IMG/VR virus record: IMGVR_UViG_3300029922_000006
From: a virus
Lineage: Duplodnaviria; Heunggongvirae; Uroviricota; Caudoviricetes
Length of the DNA stretch: 64,000 bases
Reading direction: 5' to 3' (one strand)
Shown here: piece after piece, positions 36,548-45,515 of the stretch
Numbering within the stretch: the stretch's first letter is position 1
Layout of the letters: each line of letters opens with the position of its first letter
The notes under the pieces: model-generated
What the model was told of the DNA's origin: nothing
Databases searched by the model: none
Seen by the model: the letters and a program-made list of their open reading frames with translations, nothing else
Translations under genes and position numbers: made by a program

Positions 36548-37241
36548 AAATAACTTCTTTTGTATCTAAATTGACAGCACAAAGTGGCGCCTTAGGTGAG
36601 CATCCGCATCCTGAGTCCAAATAGTAATGATGATCGTAGAATCTAGGTGCCATAATGCCTTTACGTAGTTGGTGTATGTGTCCTGATACACCTATGATTC
36701 CGTTGCCATGGTTGCGTGCAACACCTTTTTCATCTGAGTGATAGGTCCACATAAGTTCATCTGGGCTAAATTCTGGCTGACCTCTATCTAAGATGTTGCG
36801 AGCCCACTCAGCTGGTGCTGGTGCATGACTTATAAAGTAGTTTCGCTCTTCATGTTTTAGTGGGAGCTTAGAGAGCCACACTACATGGTCGTTGATCATG
36901 TCGCTGTAGCCCATGTACTGATAAGACTCGATAGTCTGAATCCCACCATTCCTAAACCACAGGTCAGTATCGCTAGCATTCTTACCTCTAGCATAGTACA
37001 TGATGGCGATCCACTCGTGGTTGCCCGCCAAGCAGATAACGTTGTTTGGATGTGTCTCTTGTAAGTCTTTAAGGAAAGCTACAACTCCATAAGACTCAGG
37101 TCCTCGGTCAACATAGTCACCAGTGAAGATGACCTTATCCGATGTGAGGTCTAATGCGTGGTTAGTAAGAAGATCGTTCCAGAGTTTCTTCAGGAGATCT
37201 AGGCGTCCATGGATGTCTGCAATAGCGAATAGTCTATTCAT
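36534..37241 (-). CDS. metallophosphoesterase (lambda PPase-like Ser/Thr phosphatase)
   Basis: DIHGRLD, GDYVDRGPES and GNHEW motifs. Confidence 0.8.
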   Translation of the reverse strand: MNRLFAIADIHGRLDLLKKLWNDLLTNHALDLTSDKVIFTGDYVDRGPESYGVVAFLKDLQETHPNNVICLAGNHEWIAIMYYARGKNASDTDLWFRNGGIQTIESYQYMGYSDMINDHVVWLSKLPLKHEERNYFISHAPAPAEWARNILDRGQPEFSPDELMWTYHSDEKGVARNHGNGIIGVSGHIHQLRKGIMAPRFYDHHYYLDSGCGCSPKAPLCAVNLDTKEVIYAWP

Positions 37242-37716
37242 CTTTCTTTGGACCTTTCAAAACTTGTTTGATGAGGTCTTTATACATCTTAGGTGTGCGA
37301 GTTGGTGGAGCTTCAAAGTCAGGCAAAGTGGATCCACCGAGAAGCTGCTTCTCAACGATCATCTCTACGATCTTGTCTGTGTCCATGAACGAGGAGTTCT
37401 CAGGGAATGTGGCTTCAGCGATACCTGAGATAGAGGGCGCAGTAACATACTGACGTGTCTGTGGATTCCAGGTGTGCTGAGTCTTCTGACCCTTCACTAG
37501 GATCTTAACGGGAATAGCTGTACCTGGGTAAAGAAACTTAATCTCTTTCCGCATGCTCTGCCCAATCATATTCTTAGCACCAACTAAGAATACTTCCTTA
37601 CAGAAGTCATAGAAGAAACCGATGATCTCGTCAGTCGGCTGCTTTGTTACCTGTTGTATCAAGTACATCAGGCCGGTGTCCGGTCGGAATGACAGTTGTT
37701 TCTCGTTGAAATTCAT
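37234..37716 (-). CDS. hypothetical protein, YLIQQVTK family copy 1
   Basis: MYLIQQVTKQPTDEIIGFFYDF... is paralogous to 38206..38676. Confidence 0.5.
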   Translation of the reverse strand: MNFNEKQLSFRPDTGLMYLIQQVTKQPTDEIIGFFYDFCKEVFLVGAKNMIGQSMRKEIKFLYPGTAIPVKILVKGQKTQHTWNPQTRQYVTAPSISGIAEATFPENSSFMDTDKIVEMIVEKQLLGGSTLPDFEAPPTRTPKMYKDLIKQVLKGPKKDE

Positions 37717-37951
37717 CTACGCGCTCGCTTGTCAAATAGGCTTCGGCTAAAGCTTCTTCTAGTTCTTTAATGCGATCTTCATAGACCTTAACTTGGTCAA
37801 TGAGTCCATCGCATTCGTCAGTAAGCTCTTTGTTTTCAGCTTCAAGCTTAGTGACTTGGTCTTCTAGATTTTCTATCTCTGAGGTAAACTCATCGGCAGC
37901 ATCTCTAAGACCTTCTACAAGTTTGCGTAAATCTCGGTCACCGATAGCCAT
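37631..37951 (-). CDS. hypothetical coiled-coil protein
   Basis: 106 aa, heptad-rich (LEDQVTKLEAENKELTDE...); overlaps the downstream gene by 86 nt. Confidence 0.35.
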   Translation of the reverse strand: MAIGDRDLRKLVEGLRDAADEFTSEIENLEDQVTKLEAENKELTDECDGLIDQVKVYEDRIKELEEALAEAYLTSERVDEFQRETTVIPTGHRPDVLDTTGNKAAD

Positions 37952-37952
37952 C

Positions 37953-38237
37953 TTAGTTCTCTTTTGTACCAGTTAGAGCTAGTTCAGCGACCTTCTCTTG
38001 AATCAGTGTATCATGAGCTTTCAGTGCAGCGATCAGGACATCTTGCATCTCAACGATGCGGGCGAATATAGTACTCATCTCTCCAGTAGGCTTGTATGGA
38101 GACATAGTAGAGCTACGAGCATAGTGATCTTCTTTAGGCTTCTGCATATAGACATGCATCAGCGCGTGCATGCGCTCCAGCTCGTTGTCAAGGATTCCAT
38201 ATAGATTAAGTGCTGGACTTTTTGTCTCGCTGCTCAT
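37953..38237 (-). CDS. hypothetical protein
   Basis: 94-aa ORF. Confidence 0.4.
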   Translation of the reverse strand: MSSETKSPALNLYGILDNELERMHALMHVYMQKPKEDHYARSSTMSPYKPTGEMSTIFARIVEMQDVLIAALKAHDTLIQEKVAELALTGTKEN

Positions 38238-38676
38238 TTTGTGCGATCCTTATCTTACGTAAACATGCCGGGGTTTTTAATTCTGGTTTTTGAAAGAGAG
38301 GCATTTCTTCTTCAATTAACCCAAGACCACTCTCTACTACCTTAGTCATAAGGTCTGTGATGTTTTGGTTCTCTTCAGAGTTAGGGAAGCTAACAGCTAT
38401 TGTCTGCCGCTTTCTCTCGTGTGAGGCACCAGCCGGAATACCACCACAGTAGATTCTCAACCTAAATGAGATTGCAGTATCTTTATAGAACAGAACTATA
38501 TCTTTGTTGACGTAGTTAGCTTTAGATTTCTTGTAGACATCATCGATAACAAAAGATGATATGCCGTAGAAGTACCCAAGAATCTCTTGAGTTGAATCTT
38601 TTGTAACCTGTTGAATAAGATATGCTAGACTCTTATTAACTTTGAATTCCTGTATTTTCAGCATATTCACTCCCAA
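38206..38676 (-). CDS. hypothetical protein, YLIQQVTK family copy 2
   Basis: AYLIQQVTKDSTQEILGYFYG... is paralogous to 37234..37716. Confidence 0.5.
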   Translation of the reverse strand: MGVNMLKIQEFKVNKSLAYLIQQVTKDSTQEILGYFYGISSFVIDDVYKKSKANYVNKDIVLFYKDTAISFRLRIYCGGIPAGASHERKRQTIAVSFPNSEENQNITDLMTKVVESGLGLIEEEMPLFQKPELKTPACLRKIRIAQNEQRDKKSST

Positions 38677-38686
38677 GATTAGAAAA

Positions 38687-39448
38687 TTATCGAATCGGTA
38701 TATTGCGACCCTTTAGTTCTTCTAAACTCCAAACTTCTACATTGATAGAAGGATAGTCTTGCTTAAGTAATTCATACTTAACTTTGGCGTCATCTTGCCA
38801 CCAACCTTTTATCTCAACGTAGTGGTCTCTACTTCTATCATAGAAGTCAATTATATAAGTTCGACCATCAGAAAGATTAAAAGGAACTTGCCAGTCAAAA
38901 TCTACCTTATTAGTATTTAAGTAGTTAACTACATTGCGCTCCCATTTTCCTTTACATTTAAGAATATCTAGTGTCTTCCAATGTTCAACTTCATAGATAT
39001 TAGAACAGTTAGTGACCCTTTTTAAGATAAGTTCTGGGTCATGGTTACGAGCTATGATTTTTTCTAAGTTGAGACAACCACAGGATTTAGCATTACCTGA
39101 AGTAAGTGAACCTGCTCTGATTGTGGTTTCTTTGCCACAGTCACACAAACATCTATAAACAACTCCCCTTTTAGGGAGTTGAATTCGTTCTAATGCTAAA
39201 AGCCTATTAAGCTTTTGACCAGTGAGATTTTTATTGCGTGTTATACGTATCTTCTCTAAGTTTAGACAACCACAAGATTTGGTATTACCGGTTACTAGTC
39301 CATAACTTCTTACAATAAGAGAATTACCACAATCGCATTTACATTCATAAGCAGTTTTGTCCAAACCACTTTCTTTTCCTGTAAGACGCTTAATTGTAAG
39401 TAAACGCCCAAATCTTTTACCTGTATGATCTTTAGCTCCATTTTTCAT
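38687..39448 (-). CDS. putative homing endonuclease (duplicated zinc ribbon plus PD-(D/E)xK-like domain)
   Basis: Two copies of TGNTKSCGCLNLEKI / SGNAKSCGCLNLEKI; C-terminal YIIDFYDRSRDHYVEIKGWW fits a D...E-x-K nuclease core. Confidence 0.45.
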   Translation of the reverse strand: MKNGAKDHTGKRFGRLLTIKRLTGKESGLDKTAYECKCDCGNSLIVRSYGLVTGNTKSCGCLNLEKIRITRNKNLTGQKLNRLLALERIQLPKRGVVYRCLCDCGKETTIRAGSLTSGNAKSCGCLNLEKIIARNHDPELILKRVTNCSNIYEVEHWKTLDILKCKGKWERNVVNYLNTNKVDFDWQVPFNLSDGRTYIIDFYDRSRDHYVEIKGWWQDDAKVKYELLKQDYPSINVEVWSLEELKGRNIPIR

Positions 39449-39486
39449 ATAACTATTATACTAGATATGGCGATTAAATTAACAGT

Positions 39487-40878
39487 TTATTTTCTATGGC
39501 TTGTACTACCATCAGGACATTTTACTGTGTCACCCAAATTTTTCATTGGGTGGTCTTCTGTTCCGCCCTTAGAGATAATCCATAGTATTTGAGGAGGATT
39601 TTGACCTGGTCTAAGCCATGACTCCCAGTCAACCTTACTGTAACATCCATCGGTAATAAAAATATTAAGATCACCTTTGCGCTTAAATACATCCTCAAGC
39701 GACTTAGTGAGATCTGTACCACCAGACTGAATCATAGATTTGTCAATCTTCGTGCCCATCTTGTACTGCTGACGTCCGTAGAGATCAGTGTGGAAGAACG
39801 AGAGGTTACACTTTCGTGCGCCAACCTTCAAGAACTGATCCACGATCTCAAGGAATTCATTCAACTCCTCAGTGCTGATAGAACCAGACGTATCGAGGTG
39901 AAGCTCAAGCTTAGGCAGATCGCCTACTTTAGTGCCTGGAGCTTTGAAGCCCAGACGCTTGTTCTTGCGCATCCACGTGCCTTTGCGGTTGTGACCGTTG
40001 GCGTGTTTCTTCATCGCCATCAAGATCAACGCTTTGTAGTTCAACTCAGCACGGCGAGTCTTGATGTCCTCAAGAAGATCTTTGACGTGACCAGGGAGAT
40101 CGTCGTATGACAGACGAGCTTTAACCATTGCACGTTTTACGAGCTCTTCAGTAGCATCGAGCATCTCTTTTTCGTCGCCAGCGCCATCCCACATGTGTTC
40201 GTCGATCGTCTGTGGAAGGTCACCAGTCTCAGCTCCGCCACCAGCATTGCCCTGACCTTCGCCATCGCCATCGCCATCTTCTGGATCTTCAAAGCGCTTG
40301 ATCAATTTCTCGTAGTAATGTTCCATGGTCTGAACAGTCTGCCAAGGAGTCTTGGTGCCAGTCTTTTCATCTACGTCATGGTAATGAGCTACATCGATAC
40401 ACTGGCCTGGGCAAAGCTCATTGGGGCAAGGCTGACCGTCTTTAGTACACTGTGGGCAACCAGCAGGAAGATCCTTAATGAATTGATTGATCGCCATATC
40501 AGCTGCGATGTTCATGAGCATGCGCTTACGAGCGCTGATCTTCATGAACGGAACGCGCAATGGATGCTTATGTGTGATGTGAGAAAGTTCATGAATAAAC
40601 ACGGCTTTACGCTGAGCTGCGTTCAATTTCTTACAGAAGAAGTACGGATTTACCAACATATCCCAGCGCTTAGCATCTGTATTGAACATGATACCGGCTG
40701 TAGGAAGTTGGTGGGAATAGGAGATTGTCAAGCACTGCAGAACCGATCCTAAGAACGGGTGCGTTTTTGAAGTCTCATAGATGGTAGTGGCCAAGCATTG
40801 GGATTTCTCCTCAACTGGCACGAACTCTTTGTCCATCTGCTTTTTAATCTCTTTAGGATCTCTAATTCTTGATGACAT
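39487..40878 (-). CDS. vWA-domain protein with N-terminal HExxH metallopeptidase-like domain (DUF2201-like)
   Basis: FIHELSHITHKHP (HExxH) and LHLDTSGSISTEEL (MIDAS DxSxS); located just downstream of the MoxR ATPase gene. Confidence 0.6.
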   Translation of the reverse strand: MSSRIRDPKEIKKQMDKEFVPVEEKSQCLATTIYETSKTHPFLGSVLQCLTISYSHQLPTAGIMFNTDAKRWDMLVNPYFFCKKLNAAQRKAVFIHELSHITHKHPLRVPFMKISARKRMLMNIAADMAINQFIKDLPAGCPQCTKDGQPCPNELCPGQCIDVAHYHDVDEKTGTKTPWQTVQTMEHYYEKLIKRFEDPEDGDGDGEGQGNAGGGAETGDLPQTIDEHMWDGAGDEKEMLDATEELVKRAMVKARLSYDDLPGHVKDLLEDIKTRRAELNYKALILMAMKKHANGHNRKGTWMRKNKRLGFKAPGTKVGDLPKLELHLDTSGSISTEELNEFLEIVDQFLKVGARKCNLSFFHTDLYGRQQYKMGTKIDKSMIQSGGTDLTKSLEDVFKRKGDLNIFITDGCYSKVDWESWLRPGQNPPQILWIISKGGTEDHPMKNLGDTVKCPDGSTSHRK

Positions 40879-40930
40879 ATAATTGTCTCCCTCGTTACAC
40901 TACTATTGTATCAGCACGAGTCGCCCCCGG

Positions 40931-40982
40931 TTAAAGAAAAGGAACCAACCTGGGTGCTAGGGAGGAGTCACACCCAGGTTGG
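40931..40982 (-). terminator. rho-independent terminator (minus strand) between MoxR and vWA genes
   Basis: 12-bp stem CCAACCTGGGTG / CACCCAGGTTGG, followed on the minus strand by TTCCTTTTCTTTAA. Confidence 0.5.
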
Positions 40983-40993
40983 TATAGTCGCTA

Positions 40994-42133
40994 TTACTTA
41001 GTCTTTTTATCGACGCCAGTAGCACGACTGATTTTGATATTGTCTTTAAGGACTTTAACCAGTTCAGGATGGCGGCCAGTGAACTCTTTGAAGAAGTTCG
41101 TGATCTGACCTTTCGACTGCTTGTAACCACATTGTTTGATGAGGTTTACAGCGTGATCGGCAGGGATGATCTTGGCAACTTCTGCCATTATATCCTCGTC
41201 GATCTGGTCAGCCTTACAATCTTTCTTCAAACCACCGTAGTATTTCTCGATGGACTCAACAGTTGCAGCGATCATATCGCCTTGGTATGTCTGTGGATCC
41301 GACATAGAGACGAGACGCTTCATTGCTGCAGAACGATCTTTCAACAAATCCTGAGCAGTAACCGGAGCCGAGTCGTAGCAGAACTTGTGGTATTCGTTAC
41401 CGATGTCTTTACCGAGGATCGAGCAGACAGTCAAACGGTGAAGAGCGCGGTTCTGATTGACACCAGCAAGCTCAGCAGCGTTAACTTTCGACCAAGTACG
41501 TGAAGAGATGTACTTGCCGTCTTTACCGATCTCTTTCGTGGACTTGTAAGTCCAGATACCAGAAGACACGAACATTTGGACAGAATCATGCCAGTTGGCA
41601 GCGTCCATGAAATCGATGAACGCAACGTGGTCGAATTCAACTTCGAACTCAACGAAACGATCTTTAAGAGCAGCATCCATTGTGTTGACATCGTACTCAG
41701 ACGAGTCAGGGTTGATACATGAAGCAATCATCCAACCTGCGGGAACTGTGTAGTTGTGGACTTTGAAATCGGTCAACAGCTGCATTAAACAATTCATGAC
41801 GCCAGTTGTTCCACGATTCGGTTCTTCAAGAAGGATCAAGCCTTCACCTTCAGTTGGCCAGAATTCAGGGAGCAAATGCTTCGTACGAGCAAGACCGTTC
41901 ACGTCAACGCCTTCTGAAGGGAACCCGATCAAATCCGGTGCCTCCATGTATGCGATACGAAGATCGATGAATCCGAAGTTCGGATTACGCTTCTGCTCTT
42001 TTTTCACCCATGCTTGGGTGATCTCAGATTTACCGAGACCAGCTTCGCCGGTGAAGATAGGGTTGATTGTTTTGCCCATAAGGCGTGACTTATATGCCAG
42101 ATCCAATACTGCGAAAATGTTACTAGGTTTCAT
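40994..42133 (-). CDS. MoxR-family AAA+ ATPase
   Basis: Walker A GEAGLGKS and Walker B LILLEEPNR; 379 aa; paired with the vWA protein. Confidence 0.8.
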   Translation of the reverse strand: MKPSNIFAVLDLAYKSRLMGKTINPIFTGEAGLGKSEITQAWVKKEQKRNPNFGFIDLRIAYMEAPDLIGFPSEGVDVNGLARTKHLLPEFWPTEGEGLILLEEPNRGTTGVMNCLMQLLTDFKVHNYTVPAGWMIASCINPDSSEYDVNTMDAALKDRFVEFEVEFDHVAFIDFMDAANWHDSVQMFVSSGIWTYKSTKEIGKDGKYISSRTWSKVNAAELAGVNQNRALHRLTVCSILGKDIGNEYHKFCYDSAPVTAQDLLKDRSAAMKRLVSMSDPQTYQGDMIAATVESIEKYYGGLKKDCKADQIDEDIMAEVAKIIPADHAVNLIKQCGYKQSKGQITNFFKEFTGRHPELVKVLKDNIKISRATGVDKKTK

Positions 42134-42181
42134 CTAATCTCCTCCAAAGAGATGTTTCGTTATTTTAATATAATTTCAGAA

Positions 42182-42589
42182 TTAGTGCACGTCTCTCGAC
42201 AGCGGTTCAGGCATTTTTACACAATCCGCTAGCTTAGTCGCAAAAGCATTACTAAGTTGCCAGCGTGCTTGCAAGATCTTGAATGTCGGTGCATCATCTT
42301 TAGTTGCAGCTTCCATAGCAAGACTCTCAAATGTCTTAGTCACGATCGACATAAGGTTAGCAAACGTAAGCAGGTCAGACTCGCTAATAGCGATACTCAC
42401 CATGCCAGGATCAAGTTGTTGCCGCGGCTTGGGAAGGACTTCCTCAACCTTTGCGGGTGGAACCTCCGCCGCTGGTGGATTCGTCTTCGGTTTCTTCAAG
42501 TTCTTCTTCGTAATCTTCGCCATCAGTTTCCTCTCTAATTTTCGCCAGTATCTTCTCCCGTAAAGCAGGAGGAAGCGCATTGAGATCAA
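42182..42589 (-). CDS. hypothetical protein (start ambiguous)
   Basis: Internal start MAKITKK at 42523 has a GAGAGGAAA RBS. The track ORF overlaps the upstream ORF by up to 146 nt. Confidence 0.35.
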   Translation of the reverse strand: MISMRFLLLYGRRYWRKLERKLMAKITKKNLKKPKTNPPAAEVPPAKVEEVLPKPRQQLDPGMVSIAISESDLLTFANLMSIVTKTFESLAMEAATKDDAPTFKILQARWQLSNAFATKLADCVKMPEPLSRDVH

Positions 42590-42824
42590 TGCTGAACGAC
42601 GACTTGGCTTTCTTCGTTTTCAGCTTCTTCGTTTCACCGAAGAACAGATCTGCTTCCTCAAGAGTCAGAAATACAGCAGGACCACCATTGGTTGTCTTAC
42701 GTGTAACATCTGGTTGCTTCTCTTTAGAGGACGCCGGAACAAACTGGATAGATCCGCCGCGAGCAAGATATTCTGCTACGGTTTCTACCTTCTTACGAGA
42801 TTTCACTTTGGTGTTATCCGACAT
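42444..42824 (-). CDS. hypothetical protein with acidic C-terminus
   Basis: 126 aa; ...DGEDYEEELEETEDE C-terminus overlaps the next ORF's candidate start. Confidence 0.4.
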   Translation of the reverse strand: MSDNTKVKSRKKVETVAEYLARGGSIQFVPASSKEKQPDVTRKTTNGGPAVFLTLEEADLFFGETKKLKTKKAKSSFSIDLNALPPALREKILAKIREETDGEDYEEELEETEDESTSGGGSTRKG

Positions 42825-42883
42825 CTAAATCCTCCGTTTACAGGACCATCTAATATCGGATTATACGTACCAAAACTGTAGCT

Positions 42884-43351
42884 CTATTTGAACAGTTCGT
42901 CGGTACCAGTCGTGGGGAAGATAGCGTTTAGCTTCTTCATGTAGTCGAGGTATTCTTTTTCGTTCTTGCGAGCGATTAAATCTCTTCGCAAGCGCATGAA
43001 CATGCGATAGGATCTATTGAAAGACAGGGGAAGATGCTGGTGATATTGTACGACGGCAGACGTATCAGCGTGGCCGGAGTAGCTCATAGTGTTGATTTCT
43101 TTATTATAAATCTGACAGGTTAGCTGTCGCGCAATAGAGTTATAGCTCACTATGATAGTCTTAGTTGAATTAAGCGGATCAGATATGAACTTATTCGCTT
43201 CGACTTCGACCTTGAATTGCCAGATCACAGTTGGTCCGGGAAATCCGTTACTGCCAGTGCTAGGATCCTCAAGACGAAAGTTCTCTGGAGTAGTCTTGAG
43301 TGACTCGCAGAGTGACTTCAGTGTGATATGGACCAATTCCTCTTTTGTCAT
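42884..43351 (-). CDS. hypothetical protein
   Basis: 155-aa ORF. Confidence 0.5.
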   Translation of the reverse strand: MTKEELVHITLKSLCESLKTTPENFRLEDPSTGSNGFPGPTVIWQFKVEVEANKFISDPLNSTKTIIVSYNSIARQLTCQIYNKEINTMSYSGHADTSAVVQYHQHLPLSFNRSYRMFMRLRRDLIARKNEKEYLDYMKKLNAIFPTTGTDELFK

Positions 43352-43414
43352 GCAATCCCTTGTCAGGTATAATGTAAATACCTAAGTCTATCTTATCAGA
43401 GGAACTAGTTATTT

Positions 43415-44245
43415 ATGGCTGCAATCACTGAGCTAACAGATAATCTGGCATACGGAGTCGATGTAAAAAATCGCCGAATCTACTTTGGTGTTAACTTAGA
43501 TACAGCAGAGTCCACTGAAGCCACCGACTTTACTTTAGCCTCGGTAGAGATGGCTGTTAGAGCCATGCATAGAATGGCTTCGGATGCACCTAATAAACCT
43601 ATTGAACTACACATGTCTTCGTATGGTGGAGACACGTACGCGATGCTCCGGTTGCACGACGAGATCTTGGCATGCCCTTGTCAGGTTCGCTTCTTCGGAA
43701 GCGGTCCTATCATGTCCTCGGCCACTTTTATAATGTCTGTCTGTGACGAGCGTAATCTGCATGCTAACACCGTTGTAATGGTTCATGAACTTACTTCTGG
43801 TGGCGGTGGAAAACACACTGACATTAAGATCGACGCTGCTGAGAACATGCGACTCATGGACCAACTCTGTGGTATCTATGAAGCCAACTCTCGTATGCCC
43901 AAGGAGTTCTGGTTAGACATCTGTCAACGGGACGTGTACCTGACGGCCGGCGAAGCAGTGTCATTAGGTCTCGCCGATCGCATCTTAGAACCTAAGAAAC
44001 GTGGTAACTTACGTAAGGCTCGCCAAGTAGCTATGCGTAAAGAAGTAGATGTTAAAGAGATGAAGGACTTAGTGAAGAGCTTGTATGAGCGTACGAGCCG
44101 CACTCGTATTCCTAAGCTAGAATTCAACGAGATCAAGAAAGAAGTAGCTGATCCACATCTGTTCGTAGATGAAAGCAAAACGCCTGAGAAATCCGTCTTG
44201 GATGCTCAGGCGCCCATCGTTCAGCTAGATGTAAAGAAAGATTAG
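43415..44245 (+). CDS. ClpP/S14-family serine peptidase-like protein, paralog 1
   Basis: HMSSYGGDTYAMLRLHDEI (compare ClpP INSPGGSVTAGLAIYD); Ser in GSGPIMSSATFIMS; His in VMVHELTSGGGG. Confidence 0.65.
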   Translation: MAAITELTDNLAYGVDVKNRRIYFGVNLDTAESTEATDFTLASVEMAVRAMHRMASDAPNKPIELHMSSYGGDTYAMLRLHDEILACPCQVRFFGSGPIMSSATFIMSVCDERNLHANTVVMVHELTSGGGGKHTDIKIDAAENMRLMDQLCGIYEANSRMPKEFWLDICQRDVYLTAGEAVSLGLADRILEPKKRGNLRKARQVAMRKEVDVKEMKDLVKSLYERTSRTRIPKLEFNEIKKEVADPHLFVDESKTPEKSVLDAQAPIVQLDVKKD

Positions 44246-44302
44246 ACAGTGCGGTCCTCCAAAGCTTTTGCCGCCATTATTAAGCTTCTGTCTAAAAATT
44301 GA

Positions 44303-44551
44303 TTAAGCGTTACGAACCAGAGAGATGAGGATGCTTTTTGCATCCGAACCTTCAGCGTATTTGAATACGTCACGAAGATTGCTAACACCAACCACGGACT
44401 TCAATGCAGCAACTTTAGCACTGCGCAATCCTACGCGCGGGCTAAGTGCAGTTGCCAGTGTGTTAAAGCTAGAGAAGTTGTTCGCACCCAATTTGCGAAG
44501 TTCTTTAGCAAGCACCGGACGAGTGTACTTTTTAGTCGAGAAATTAGCCAT
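44303..44551 (-). CDS. hypothetical protein
   Basis: 82-aa ORF. Confidence 0.4.
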   Translation of the reverse strand: MANFSTKKYTRPVLAKELRKLGANNFSSFNTLATALSPRVGLRSAKVAALKSVVGVSNLRDVFKYAEGSDAKSILISLVRNA

Positions 44552-44842
44552 TCATTACTCCTGTTTTAATTTAGCGGACATTTGAAATATCATTATACGA
44601 ATCATCTTTAGAGGGTTAAGGAATAGCGGGTTTGATGTCATCGCCCCCGCACCAGTCAACCCATTCATCTTTTAACAAGTACGCCATAATTCCCCAGCCG
44701 TTCAGACTGCTCCAGCTAGTTTACCGGTGGTTTCCCGACATGCCTATATGGTTTGGTCCTACTCTACAGCATGCTACTCGTGTAGGCCATTCCACCGTAA
44801 ATTTAGTACAGGAAGCGGGTGGACGCGCTTCATCCCTGTATT

Positions 44843-45094
44843 TTAGGCTAATAAAAGTCTTTCAACTTTTGCCATAATTGTCTTGAATTTATACTTTGCT
44901 TGTTTCTTAGCGTATTTATAGTCTCTGTATGTGCCGACTACTCTTCCATCTGGATCATGTAGCTCAAACTTCCACCAAGCATAGTCATCACTGAATATAT
45001 CATCATTCCACTCTTCTTGTGGAATATCTATCTGAACTATCTTGTAGTAGTCTGACCACTTCATAGTCTCGCCTTGAGAATGATCTCGTAACAA
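44843..45094 (-). CDS. hypothetical protein
   Basis: 83-aa ORF. Confidence 0.35.
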   Translation of the reverse strand: MLRDHSQGETMKWSDYYKIVQIDIPQEEWNDDIFSDDYAWWKFELHDPDGRVVGTYRDYKYAKKQAKYKFKTIMAKVERLLLA

Positions 45095-45264
45095 CCGTCG
45101 TAGTCTTTAACATAGGTCAGGACTTTAAGGTAATCAAGCATCTCTAAAAGAAGATGTCGCTTAAATACATCCTCTAAGACTTTATCTGACGGATCGAGGT
45201 CGCCTAAATGATGGAAGTAACGATAATAAAGGTTACCGTCAAAGCCTTCTATCGGTTGCCACAT
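45061..45264 (-). CDS. hypothetical protein
   Basis: 67-aa ORF in an overlapping chain. Confidence 0.35.
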   Translation of the reverse strand: MWQPIEGFDGNLYYRYFHHLGDLDPSDKVLEDVFKRHLLLEMLDYLKVLTYVKDYDGCYEIILKARL

Positions 45265-45515
45265 ATCCTTATTCCATCCAGACCTTCATATACATAGTCG
45301 CACTCAACAACCTTTAAAAGGTGTAGCAGATATAGAAGGTTTCGAGTCTCTCTAATAATTTCATGGTCATCAAACGTATACATCCAAGTACTTCCCTGCG
45401 GAGGGTTATGCTCCGCCCAGAAGTCATTGTTAGGACCGTAGTGCCAGAAATTTCTAGTCATCGTCTCCGCCGAAGCCAAGACCCAAGCGGCCTTTTGCTT
45501 TCTCTTCGAAGTCAC
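45249..45515 (-). CDS. hypothetical protein
   Basis: 88-aa ORF. Confidence 0.4.
   Translation of the reverse strand: MTSKRKQKAAWVLASAETMTRNFWHYGPNNDFWAEHNPPQGSTWMYTFDDHEIIRETRNLLYLLHLLKVVECDYVYEGLDGIRICGNR

Noticed and set aside
43352-43414. Candidate sigma-70 promoter (TTGTCA..TATAAT) upstream of the plus-strand ClpP-like gene
   Set aside because: The spacer between the -35-like and -10-like hexamers is only ~2 nt, so only the -10 element is credible.
44632-44877. 81-aa plus-strand ORF in the 44.6-kb gene desert
   Set aside because: Spans hairpin-rich non-coding sequence, has an odd composition and no RBS; the region is more likely non-coding RNA or regulatory.
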